In this document: one piece after another, positions 1 through 9,151 of the stretch
How the letters are laid out: every line of letters begins with the position of its first letter
Position numbering within the stretch: position 1 is the stretch's first letter
Assembly (NCBI GenBank): GCA_965114645.1
Contig: CBCOZL010000018.1
Coordinates: 1,981 to 65,980, forward strand
Length of the DNA stretch: 64,000 bases
From: an uncultured Lachnospiraceae bacterium
GTDB lineage: Bacteria; Bacillota; Clostridia; Lachnospirales; Lachnospiraceae
Direction of reading: 5' to 3'
The notes under the pieces: generated by a model
What the model saw: the letters and a program-made list of their open reading frames with translations, nothing else
What the model was told of the DNA's origin: nothing
Database searches by the model: none
Position numbers and translations under genes: made by a program

Positions 1-2
1 AG

Positions 3-3000
3 CAGGCGTTTTTTGACTGCAGCATGAAGCATCTGTATGTGGCGAACCAGACGCTGGATTTTAGTCAGGCGCCGCTGATTTTTGGCAGCAGCGCGCTGGA
101 GACCATCCATGCGCCCAAAGGCTCCAAAGCGGAAGCCTACGCCAAGGCGAACGGTTATGTCTATGAGGAGTGGGATGGCACGGATTATGGAAAGACGGGC
201 TATACCCTGACGCTGGATGCGGGGGAGGGCGCATTCCCGCAGACTGCGCAGTCGGTGCGCTATACGGTCAGCGCAGACAGGAAGACGGCTGTGCGGGAGG
301 TGAGTATAGGCGCAGATTCTGTTCCCGTGCCAGATATTGCACCTGCTCTGGAGGGAAAGTATTTTGGCGGCTGGTATCTGGGAAACGATCCTTTTGTATT
401 TGAGACGACAGCCCTCAGACAGGACACCAGACTGACGGCGAAGTGGCTGGAGGAACCGACAGCTCCTGTTTTACAGATAGAAAACAGATCGGAATGGTCG
501 GCCGTGCTCTCGTGGGAGATGCGGATGGACGAGGATTTAAGGGGATACTGCGTCTACCGGGCTGACACTGCGGACGCAGAGTTTGTAAAGATCACAGAAA
601 ATGATTTATCTGCTGGCAGTGTTTCTTATACGGATTATGTAGTGGAAAAGGACATTCTGAAAAAGCAGGCATACCGCTATTATATAGAAGCGGTTTATGA
701 GACGGGCGGCACAGAAAAAAGTGTCAGAAGTAATGAGGTATCCTGCAATAGTATGATCTACAACGCCAGTCTGATCGAACAGACAGACGGCGTTTATGTG
801 GGTGTAAGGCTGACGGACAAGGACGGAAAGGAGGTTTCGTCGCTTGTGCTCCACGAGGGGGAGACCAGCGGGGAACTGTTTTTTTCACTTGTTAAAAAGG
901 ATGGCACAACTGTTCCCTGGCAGGAGGCGATGCCTGCTTTTTCTGGGAGTGCTTCCATTCAGTGCGGTCTTGGTCTGCCCTATCCAGTGAGATTTCCGCT
1001 GGACAGTTACGGCGGTGGAGAGGAACCTTTCGCGTACGCCACTATTCCAGTGGGGTATCTCTATGATGCGTCCTGTACCAGGCTGAAAGGGTTAAAGATT
1101 ACGGCAGGACAGGAACTTAACCTCTATGTGGGAGGGCAGCCGGGATTTCTGACAGCGATACCCGTTATCGTGGAGGCGGCGGAACCGGGGGTAACTTATC
1201 CCTCCTACGATGATAAGGAAGGAATCGTGACGGACGATCTGCAGACGGGGCTGCAGATTTTGCGCGACGCTGTGCGAAACCGTGTCAATGATACGGAAGT
1301 TTATATCAAGAAATCAGCCTGTGATCCTTCCATTGCGGCATATAGGGCGCTGCGCGATCAGGATCCGTCCGATAATCCGTCGGGTGATCCCAGAGGCGGT
1401 CTGATTCCGGAGTGGGTGGAGGCGGAACTGTACGATATCAATAAGGGACGCGCAGGCATGAAACCCTGGGAGGGGGATTACGCCTACTATTCAATGCGGG
1501 CAGGCAGTCTGTCTGCGGATCTGGAATACCCGGATCAGATTTACGGGGAGGATTACTATAAACTGGTACTGGAAGTGAATCAGTTTACGACGACTCTGGA
1601 GCAGGAGGCGGCGGTGGACGCCAAGGTGAAAGAGCTTTTAAATGGCAGGCTGGCCGGGGTGAAGGGGAAGAGCGAGTATGAGCGGGCAAAGGCAGTCTAT
1701 GACTTTGTTTCCACCTCCATGCACTATGACAACAGCGATCCTGTGCATCACTATGCGTACGGCGGCCTGTGCAAAGGTAAGGCTACCTGCATGGGGTTTG
1801 CCCTGTCTTTCCAGCGGCTGTCTTCGGAGCTGGGGCTGGAGAGCAAGGTGATTATGGGACTGGATGCGGGTGCCCATACGTATAATCTGGTGAAGATTCG
1901 AGGGAAATACTATTATCTGGACTGCAGCGCGAAAAAGTTTTTGAAGGGCAAAAAGAATTTTAAGACGGCGCCTTTGCAGGACCGCTATCTTTCCACGGCT
2001 TTTCAGACTTATTTCATGGCACAGATTGCGTCGGATGATTACGCGGCCGGACAGGAGCCTGCGCTGGACGGCATTGCGGTCAGGGCATTGACGGACGGGG
2101 AGATCAGCCAGGCGTCCGGGGGAGCGTTCACGGGCATTGCTGACAGGACAAGTGCAAAGTATGAGCTGAGGGACACGGTCATTCAGGCCGCTCTTTATGA
2201 CAGGGAGCATCCGCTGAAGCCGGTTTATTATGCGGACGAGGATAAGCAGGAGTATGTATTGGCATTCCGGCTGACGGTTGACAGGGAGAAATTCGACGAG
2301 AACGGGACGGTTCAGATTTTCGCGGGAGAGGCGGACGGCCATGTCTTCACGAAAGCGGACTCTACATTGAAGGACGGTTATCTGGATCTGATTCTTCCGA
2401 TTAGAAAGGGAGACGTATCCATTACAATCGACTACGACACGGCGGATGAGGGCAAGTCCCAGTATGAGGCGGTGACCTATACGATGGACTTCTCCAGGCT
2501 GGTCAGAGAGTCGGTTCGTGCGAGCGGTTCGGTGCAGGAGAGCACTGACGCGATGGAGGAGACCGGGATTGAACTTTCCGGCCCGTCCATAAGTTATCGG
2601 GAAAACGACCGGGAAGTGACCGTTTTCTATGAGGCGGTGGCATGGTCGTCCCAGATCAGAGCAGAGGGCATTGCAGAGACGGCAGGTAACTATGCGGTTC
2701 TCCGAATGAGTGCGCCGGAAGCCATGCTGGGAACCAAGGTGCTGTCAGAGTCCACGGCATCGTCCGCTGACTGTACGCTTCGGTGGGAGAAGGATAAGAA
2801 ATACCTGGACTGCCTGTGTAAGATGGAGAAAGGGAAGGAAAATACCCTCACCATACAGTGGGCGGGTAAGGAGACACAGACGCAGACCGTTATCCTGCGG
2901 GCAGCGCAGGACTGCTATATGGAAACTGACGGAGCGGGTATGGATGCTCCAAAGAAGGTTGCCTTTAACGGGCTTCCCTCCACGCTCTATGTGGGGCAGA

Positions 3001-5135
3001 GCCAGATCGCCGATGTGAAGGTGACCAGGGCGTACGAGAGGGACCGGGTACAGTTAAGCTATACTTCAGACGACAGCAGCATATTCACGGTGAACCGCGT
3101 GACGGGTGAGCTGCGGGCACTGCGGCCGGGTAAGGCGACGCTGACGGTACGTGCGGCGGGACTTGACAGAAAGGGCAAAGTTGTCTCAGCCAGCAAAAAG
3201 ATCACGGTGAAGGAGCTGCCTGTACCTTCCGGGGTGAAGATCACGGAGGTGAAGGATGTGAGCGCGGCGGCTGTCTGGAAGAAAAATACAAGCGGCAGAT
3301 GGATGGAAGGCTATGCCGTGCCTTACACGGATTCTCTGGGCACAAATGCCAAGGCGTGGAAAGCAGCCGTTGAGGCGGCTTTGACGGAAGCCGGGCTGGA
3401 TAACGGTATGCCGGAAAACATGACCGACGAACAGCGGCAGAACCTCGAAAAGCGATTATCCGAGACGCTTTGCCCCGGCGTGGAAGAAAAAGTAGTGGCG
3501 GCGGGCGGACTGACGGCTGACGGCAGTCTGGCGTGGGAGAGTGGACTTCACACCAATACCTATTACGTCTTCTATCTGCGGAATATGACGGAAAACGCGG
3601 TGGGGGAAGTCAGCTGTGCCGGATGGATGAGCGGCAGGATACAGACGAAGATGCCGGTGTTTACAAAAATACAGCTCACGGCTTATGGGGCGGACAAAGC
3701 GCCTGTGGCGTTCAATGACCAGGATAACAGCGGTTACATCTACACAGACCCGACAGACGGGATAATTCCGAAAGAGGTAAGGTATGAGCTGTCTGCGGCC
3801 GGCGGGTGGCAGAATGAAAAGGACATCTTTAAGAGCCCTTCCTATAAGAGCACAAACCCAAAGGTGGTCAAAGTAAGCGGTAAAGGGATGCTTAGCCTCG
3901 GCGGCCAGGCGGGAACGGCGGAAATCTATGTGACAGGTAAAGATTCCGGTGGCGCGGTCAGGGAGTCCGACAGAATCAGGATCCGGGTCGTGAAATCGCC
4001 TCAGGGGATCAAGGATAAGACGACGACGCTGACGCTGGGGCAGTCTGTTTCCGTACAGGAGCTTGTGGGCAGTGACGTGAAAGGCGCGGCGGATGCATGT
4101 AAGCTGGACAGAGTGGATCTGTCGGCTATGGTGGATGAACTGGAGCAGAAAGGAAAGGACTGCTTTGCGGTGACGTATCCGGCCGGGGAGAAGGAGAAGG
4201 CGGTGATTACCCCGTTTGCCTACCCTGTGGATGAGAAGAGCGGGGAGCGAAAGAAGGGCGCTGGTCTGTCTGTATCCGTGAAGCTGTATGATAAGACAGG
4301 AGAAGGAAGGCAGCTCGTCGATACGAAGAATGCGGTCATCAAGGTGAACGACATGTCCGTACCGGCGGTCAGCAAAGTGGCTGCGCTTGACACTGCCGTG
4401 GAAATCACTTTCAAGCCAAACGCTGTGGTGCAGGAGATCAACGGAGCACGGTATTATTACACACTGACACTGACGAATAAGAATACAGGGGAGTCAAAGA
4501 CTTACCGCGCAGGCAGTGCGGGAACGGACGGCAGTGTGCCGGAAGGCATATTTACTTATGTGGAGGAGCCGGACAAAAAAGGGCAGAAGCTCTATCGCTG
4601 TCAAATAAGTGGACTGGCGTCAGCAACGGGGTATGAAGCGGTTGTTACGGCTCATTATCTGGCGGAATCTGCCGGGAATGGAACAAAGGCGGCTCTCGAG
4701 GCAAAGAAGGACTCCGGCGTGAAGAAATTTACGACCTTAAAGCCTGTGATTGCGGCACAGAACAGCATGAAGGTATCTCTTGTGAGCATGTCAGAACTGT
4801 GGGCGGATGCCAATGCTGTGGGCATGGAAATTACCCATGACGAGACGGTTGCGCTGGCGAACGGGCAAACCTATGTGTTGTTTGCACAGATCGACGACTA
4901 TGACAGAATCATGGGCACGGACAGTATCAAGTGGAGCGTGGTCTCCGATCCGAAGGGAGCGGCTGTGATCAAGGCGTCCTCCGACAGTTATACGGCGAAG
5001 CTTACGCTTGACAGATGCGGCACGGTTAAAGTGCAGGCGGTGTCTTCATTGTCGAAAAAGGTAGTGTGCAGTTTTACGGTAGAAGTGAAGCCTTATCAGT
5101 CCAATACCAGCAGTGCGCAGGCGGGAGGAAACTAG
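3..5135 (+). CDS. Large multidomain surface protein, 5'-truncated by the window edge (LRR tail, InlB B-repeat-like, FN3/Ig-like domains, transglutaminase-like domain)
   Basis: The frame is open from base 3 (QAFFDCS-MKHLYV, resembling the end of a BspA-type LRR region), so ATG 24 is probably internal. GKYFGGWY...DTRLTAKW resembles a Listeria-Bacteroides repeat. ATCMGFA...AHTYN...YYLDCS gives a Cys-His-Asp transglutaminase-like triad. Big_2-like YTSDDSSIFTVN and YKSTNPKVVKVS segments follow. Confidence 0.8.
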   Translation, partial: QAFFDCSMKHLYVANQTLDFSQAPLIFGSSALETIHAPKGSKAEAYAKANGYVYEEWDGTDYGKTGYTLTLDAGEGAFPQTAQSVRYTVSADRKTAVREVSIGADSVPVPDIAPALEGKYFGGWYLGNDPFVFETTALRQDTRLTAKWLEEPTAPVLQIENRSEWSAVLSWEMRMDEDLRGYCVYRADTADAEFVKITENDLSAGSVSYTDYVVEKDILKKQAYRYYIEAVYETGGTEKSVRSNEVSCNSMIYNASLIEQTDGVYVGVRLTDKDGKEVSSLVLHEGETSGELFFSLVKKDGTTVPWQEAMPAFSGSASIQCGLGLPYPVRFPLDSYGGGEEPFAYATIPVGYLYDASCTRLKGLKITAGQELNLYVGGQPGFLTAIPVIVEAAEPGVTYPSYDDKEGIVTDDLQTGLQILRDAVRNRVNDTEVYIKKSACDPSIAAYRALRDQDPSDNPSGDPRGGLIPEWVEAELYDINKGRAGMKPWEGDYAYYSMRAGSLSADLEYPDQIYGEDYYKLVLEVNQFTTTLEQEAAVDAKVKELLNGRLAGVKGKSEYERAKAVYDFVSTSMHYDNSDPVHHYAYGGLCKGKATCMGFALSFQRLSSELGLESKVIMGLDAGAHTYNLVKIRGKYYYLDCSAKKFLKGKKNFKTAPLQDRYLSTAFQTYFMAQIASDDYAAGQEPALDGIAVRALTDGEISQASGGAFTGIADRTSAKYELRDTVIQAALYDREHPLKPVYYADEDKQEYVLAFRLTVDREKFDENGTVQIFAGEADGHVFTKADSTLKDGYLDLILPIRKGDVSITIDYDTADEGKSQYEAVTYTMDFSRLVRESVRASGSVQESTDAMEETGIELSGPSISYRENDREVTVFYEAVAWSSQIRAEGIAETAGNYAVLRMSAPEAMLGTKVLSESTASSADCTLRWEKDKKYLDCLCKMEKGKENTLTIQWAGKETQTQTVILRAAQDCYMETDGAGMDAPKKVAFNGLPSTLYVGQSQIADVKVTRAYERDRVQLSYTSDDSSIFTVNRVTGELRALRPGKATLTVRAAGLDRKGKVVSASKKITVKELPVPSGVKITEVKDVSAAAVWKKNTSGRWMEGYAVPYTDSLGTNAKAWKAAVEAALTEAGLDNGMPENMTDEQRQNLEKRLSETLCPGVEEKVVAAGGLTADGSLAWESGLHTNTYYVFYLRNMTENAVGEVSCAGWMSGRIQTKMPVFTKIQLTAYGADKAPVAFNDQDNSGYIYTDPTDGIIPKEVRYELSAAGGWQNEKDIFKSPSYKSTNPKVVKVSGKGMLSLGGQAGTAEIYVTGKDSGGAVRESDRIRIRVVKSPQGIKDKTTTLTLGQSVSVQELVGSDVKGAADACKLDRVDLSAMVDELEQKGKDCFAVTYPAGEKEKAVITPFAYPVDEKSGERKKGAGLSVSVKLYDKTGEGRQLVDTKNAVIKVNDMSVPAVSKVAALDTAVEITFKPNAVVQEINGARYYYTLTLTNKNTGESKTYRAGSAGTDGSVPEGIFTYVEEPDKKGQKLYRCQISGLASATGYEAVVTAHYLAESAGNGTKAALEAKKDSGVKKFTTLKPVIAAQNSMKVSLVSMSELWADANAVGMEITHDETVALANGQTYVLFAQIDDYDRIMGTDSIKWSVVSDPKGAAVIKASSDSYTAKLTLDRCGTVKVQAVSSLSKKVVCSFTVEVKPYQSNTSSAQAGGN

Positions 5136-5136
5136 G

Positions 5137-6483
5137 ATGAAGACGAAGATGGAGATGATTTGGAAACGGTATCAAAAAGGGATTGTCTGTGTGCTTGCGG
5201 CGGTTTTGCTTGTACAGAGCTGTTATATGACAAAGGCACAGGAGTTTTCAGCCGCTTTGGAGAGCATTTCAGAAAACGCGGTGGAAGAGTCCGGCGTCGG
5301 GGAAGCATTGACACAGGACGCTTTGCGGGATTCCAGGATGCAGGAAACAGATGCGCTCTGGACAGGGGACGCAGAGGGGGAAGAGAAGTTTTCCCGGGAG
5401 ACGGTATCACACAACAGCGTGTCGGAAAACACGACCGATGAGAGCGTCTCAGAAAATACAACCGATGAGGTTGTGCCGGATGACGCCCTGGATGAGAGCG
5501 AGCCGGGGAACACGCCAGAAGAGAGTGTGTCAGAGAACACGCCGGAAGAGAGTGTTTCGGAGAACACGCCGGAAGAGAGCGTGTCGGAGAACACGGCGGA
5601 TGAGAGCGAGCCGGGGAATATGACGGAAGAGAGCGTGTCGGAGAATACGGCGGATGAGAGCGAGCCGGGGAATATGACGGAAGAGAGCGTGTCGGAGAAC
5701 ACGCTGGAGGAGAGTGTGTCGGAGAATACGACAGAGGACAGCGTATCCGTGAATACCATGCGTGTGGACAGTGCGGAGGCAGCAGGCAGGGCTTCCGTGC
5801 CGCCCACAGCGCCGACGGTCAAGAGTGTCGTGCCGAAAGATACCACGGCGCTGATCCACTTTACGCATTTACTGGAAGGGGGACTGAGTGAGGGGATTCT
5901 GTACGAAGCGCTGCTCACGGATGAGGTGAGCGGAACAGAGAGGATCCTTTCCGGGAATGAGACGGGCGTAGTCACAATCGGGGGATATGACGGAAGCAGG
6001 CTGAATACGTTCCGGCTCAGCGGCCTTTCCGCGAACAAGAAGTATTCCGTCGTTCTGCAGGCAAAGTATGGAGATGCCGGTACGCCTGTCTCTTCCGCAA
6101 AGAAAACATTTACTACAAAAAAGGATATGCTGGCAACGGACGGGACGATGAAAGTCCGATATGCCGATATGGAGGCGCTAAAGAACGACCGGACAAAGAA
6201 GCCGGAGGAGGTGCCGACGGCCGGGGTGGAGATGAGGACAGGAGAAAGCTGTGGGCTGTACGCACAGGTGAGCAGGCTGATGCGGGCTGTGGAGACAGAT
6301 AAGCTCAAATGGACGGTGACGCCGCTTCGGGAGGATTCAGCGAAGAACGGTCTGAAGGTCAAGGCCGGCAAGTCCACTTATGAGGCTGTGCTTACCGCGC
6401 AGATGCCGGGAAGCTACCAGGTGACAGCGACGAATACCATTTCCAAAGAAGAGGTGGCGCGTTTTCAGGTGACGGTAAAGTAG
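5137..6483 (+). CDS. Exported protein with SVSENT repeat linker, FN3 and C-terminal Ig-like module
   Basis: RBS GGAGG precedes ATG 5137; N-terminal hydrophobic signal (IVCVLAAVLLVQSC); the C-terminal part aligns by eye with the C-terminus of the upstream ORF. Confidence 0.8.
   Translation: MKTKMEMIWKRYQKGIVCVLAAVLLVQSCYMTKAQEFSAALESISENAVEESGVGEALTQDALRDSRMQETDALWTGDAEGEEKFSRETVSHNSVSENTTDESVSENTTDEVVPDDALDESEPGNTPEESVSENTPEESVSENTPEESVSENTADESEPGNMTEESVSENTADESEPGNMTEESVSENTLEESVSENTTEDSVSVNTMRVDSAEAAGRASVPPTAPTVKSVVPKDTTALIHFTHLLEGGLSEGILYEALLTDEVSGTERILSGNETGVVTIGGYDGSRLNTFRLSGLSANKKYSVVLQAKYGDAGTPVSSAKKTFTTKKDMLATDGTMKVRYADMEALKNDRTKKPEEVPTAGVEMRTGESCGLYAQVSRLMRAVETDKLKWTVTPLREDSAKNGLKVKAGKSTYEAVLTAQMPGSYQVTATNTISKEEVARFQVTVK
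5420..5755 (+). repeat. Intragenic 27-bp (9-aa) tandem repeat, ESVSENTxE / ESEPGNxxE units
   Basis: Repeated gagagcgtgtcggagaacacg and gagagcgagccggggaat units, with a higher-order 54-bp duplication. Confidence 0.9.
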
Positions 6484-6616
6484 AGCAGAAATATTAGATT
6501 TTAAAAAGTTTTAGAAGACATTTGGAAAGATTTGGCGTAAAATGGTAACATTATAAGAGAGCCGTTTGCGGAGCGGATATCGTTTCGCAATGACAGGCGG
6601 CAAGAAGGAGGCTGTT

Positions 6617-7156
6617 ATGGATTTAAAAGGATCAAAGACAGAGAAAAATCTGCTGGCGGCGTTTGCGGGGGAGTCCCAGGCTTACACGAAGTATACTTAC
6701 TATGCGTCCAAGGCAAAGAAGGACGGTTATGTGCAGATGGCCAATATTTTTGAGGAGACGGCGGCCAACGAGAAGGAGCATGCCAAGATCTGGTTTAAGT
6801 ATCTGCACGGCGGTGCAATCCCGGAGACCCGTGAGAATTTGAGGGATGCCGCTGAGGGAGAGAACTTTGAGTGGACGGATATGTATGCGGGTTTTGCGGA
6901 GGATGCAAGAAAGGAAGGCTTTGAGGAGCTTGCCCTGCTCTTTGAGGGTGTGGCCAAAATCGAGAAGGAGCACGAGGAGAGATACCGCAAGCTGATCCAG
7001 AATATGAAGGACGGCGTTGTGTTCTCCAAGGACGGTGACTGCGTATGGCAGTGTCTCAACTGCGGTCATATCGTGGTAGGCAAAAAGGCGCCGGAGCTCT
7101 GCCCGGTATGTAAACATCCCCAGTCCTACTTCCAGGTAAAGCCGGAAAATTATTAA
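6617..7156 (+). CDS. rbr: Rubrerythrin
   Basis: [20 protein letters not shown], two ExxH motifs, C-terminal CxxC...CxxC rubredoxin domain; RBS AAGGAGG. Confidence 0.95.
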   Translation: MDLKGSKTEKNLLAAFAGESQAYTKYTYYASKAKKDGYVQMANIFEETAANEKEHAKIWFKYLHGGAIPETRENLRDAAEGENFEWTDMYAGFAEDARKEGFEELALLFEGVAKIEKEHEERYRKLIQNMKDGVVFSKDGDCVWQCLNCGHIVVGKKAPELCPVCKHPQSYFQVKPENY

Positions 7157-7180
7157 TCGGAACGATTCCCATGAGTATAG

Positions 7181-7212
7181 AAAAAGACAGTCCGCCGGAC
7201 TGTCTTTTTTTT
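7181..7212 (+). terminator. Intrinsic terminator after rbr
   Basis: AAAAAGACAGTCC-GCC-GGACTGTCTTTTT followed by more T. Confidence 0.85.
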
Positions 7213-7321
7213 GATACATAACAGGTGATTTTTTTAAACATACTTGTCAAAGAAAAAGGGGTGTGGTACGATACAGCCGTATTGTATCTCGTATGAGAAT
7301 AATAACAGGAGGAACTGTACC

Positions 7322-8188
7322 ATGAAAAATGAAAAGACCTATGAACTTGTGCTTACGGCACTGTTCACCGCCATAATTGTGATTATGGCATTCACACCGC
7401 TGGGATATATCCCGCTTGTTGTCATCAACGCGACGATTATTCACATCCCGGTGATCCTGGGAGCGCTATTTCTTGGACCGAAGAAAGGTGCATTTTTGGG
7501 ATTCGTATTTGGACTCACCAGCTTTATCAACAACACAGTAAAAGCGGCTACGGCATCGGCGTTTGTGTTTTCGCCGGTATTGGCCTATCGGGTTGCGGGG
7601 GTGTCGGGCATCTTTAAGAGCCTGTACATCTGTTTTGTGCCGCGTATTTTAGTCGGCATCGCGCCCTACTTTGTCTGGCTTCTGATCCGCAGGATCGTGA
7701 GAGGTGAGAATAAGGCCGGGAAAATAATGGTAGATTTAATAGCGTCTGTTATATTATTTATCTCCGTCAGGGCGTTTGTGATGCGGCTGTTCCCGGAGAC
7801 ACTGAGCGCGGCTGTGTGCACGGTGATCGGTCTGGCGGCAGGTGCGGCCCTTATGACGGCGCTGACCGCAGGAGGCAGGAAGAAGGCATCCGCCAATATC
7901 GCGCTCTCTTATGCGGGGCTGGCAGGTGCGTTTACGAACACGCTCTTTGTTATGAGCGGCATTTATATTCTCTATAAGGACGCCTATGCCCAGGCGATGG
8001 GCGTGGCGGGGGAAGCAGTGCTGGACGTGATCATGGGCGTGGTGGCTTTCAACGGCGTGGTGGAAGCTGTGGTGGCAGCGATTATTGTCACCGGCGTCGG
8101 CCTTGCCCTGGCCAGGGTGAAGCCCCTGTATACGGGGAAGGGGCAGGAGGAGAAGGACGCGTCTCTTCTGGCGGCCAGAAAGGCATGA
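7322..8188 (+). CDS. ECF transporter S component, PanT-like (pantothenate)
   Basis: PLGYIP...ATIIHIPVILGA...PRILVG motifs; directly upstream of coaX-coaBC; RBS AGGAGG. Confidence 0.8.
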   Translation: MKNEKTYELVLTALFTAIIVIMAFTPLGYIPLVVINATIIHIPVILGALFLGPKKGAFLGFVFGLTSFINNTVKAATASAFVFSPVLAYRVAGVSGIFKSLYICFVPRILVGIAPYFVWLLIRRIVRGENKAGKIMVDLIASVILFISVRAFVMRLFPETLSAAVCTVIGLAAGAALMTALTAGGRKKASANIALSYAGLAGAFTNTLFVMSGIYILYKDAYAQAMGVAGEAVLDVIMGVVAFNGVVEAVVAAIIVTGVGLALARVKPLYTGKGQEEKDASLLAARKA

Positions 8189-8307
8189 CGGATTGTAACA
8201 GGAAAACAGGAAAATAAGAGAACAATACAAACTTATGATAGAAGTACAGGGCATGTAACCGCAAAAGGGGACATGCCCGCAAAAAAGGGAAAGACAGGGG
8301 AAAAGGC

Positions 8308-9084
8308 ATGATTTTAGCAGTTGACATCGGCAATACCAACATTGTCATCGGTTGTATGGACGGGGAGAAGGTATGCTTCGTGGAGCGGGTATCCACGAAT
8401 CTGGCAAGCACAGAGTTAGAGTATGTAGTGGAATTTCGGACGCTGTTCGAGCTGTATCACATCGGCATGGAGGATATCACGGGCAGCATCATCTCCTCTG
8501 TCGTGCCGCCCCTCAACAATATCGTGAAGTCCAGTCTGGAGAAGCTGTTTCATCAGACCCCGCTGGTGGTGGGGCCCGGGCTTAAGACAGGCTTAAACAT
8601 TCTGATGGACAACCCGGCACAGCTTGGGTCGGATCTGGTCGTCAATGCGGTGGCAGGCCTGCACTATTACGGTGCGCCGATTATTCTGATTGACATGGGC
8701 ACCGCCACCACCATCAGCGTGGTGGATGAAAAGAAAAACTATATCGGAGGCATGATTCTGCCCGGGGTGAAGGTTTCGCTGGATTCTCTCGTAAACCGCA
8801 CGTCCCAGCTCCCGAGAATCAGTTTGGAGGCGCCGAAGAAGGTCATTGGCAGAAACACCATCGACTGCATGAAAAGCGGCATTGTGATGGGACAGGCGGC
8901 CTGTCTGGACGGCATGATCGAACGGATTTACGATGAGCTTGGCTATCAGGCGCCTGTGGTGGCTACGGGCGGTCTGGCGGGGAGCATCGTACCTCACTGT
9001 AAGAAAGAAATTGTCTGTGACAATGAGCTTACCCTGAAAGGCCTTGGGCTGATTTACAGAAAGAACGAAGAGCAGTACAGATGA
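8308..9084 (+). CDS. coaX: Type III pantothenate kinase
   Basis: DIGNTNI, LGSDLVVN and IDMGTATT motifs. Confidence 0.95.
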   Translation: MILAVDIGNTNIVIGCMDGEKVCFVERVSTNLASTELEYVVEFRTLFELYHIGMEDITGSIISSVVPPLNNIVKSSLEKLFHQTPLVVGPGLKTGLNILMDNPAQLGSDLVVNAVAGLHYYGAPIILIDMGTATTISVVDEKKNYIGGMILPGVKVSLDSLVNRTSQLPRISLEAPKKVIGRNTIDCMKSGIVMGQAACLDGMIERIYDELGYQAPVVATGGLAGSIVPHCKKEIVCDNELTLKGLGLIYRKNEEQYR

Positions 9085-9151
9085 TGCATGGCATGTGAGA
9101 GACTGTGCATTTGCCGCAATAGCGGGTGAAGGGCAAAGGGGGGTATAACGG

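Noticed and set aside
5223-6377. 384-aa minus-strand ORF
   Set aside because: Antisense to the repeat-rich exported protein; its openness is explained by the repeat and GC-rich codon use.
6484-6616. PerR/Fur box upstream of rubrerythrin
   Set aside because: AT-rich, but no convincing TTATAATnATTATAA-like palindrome.
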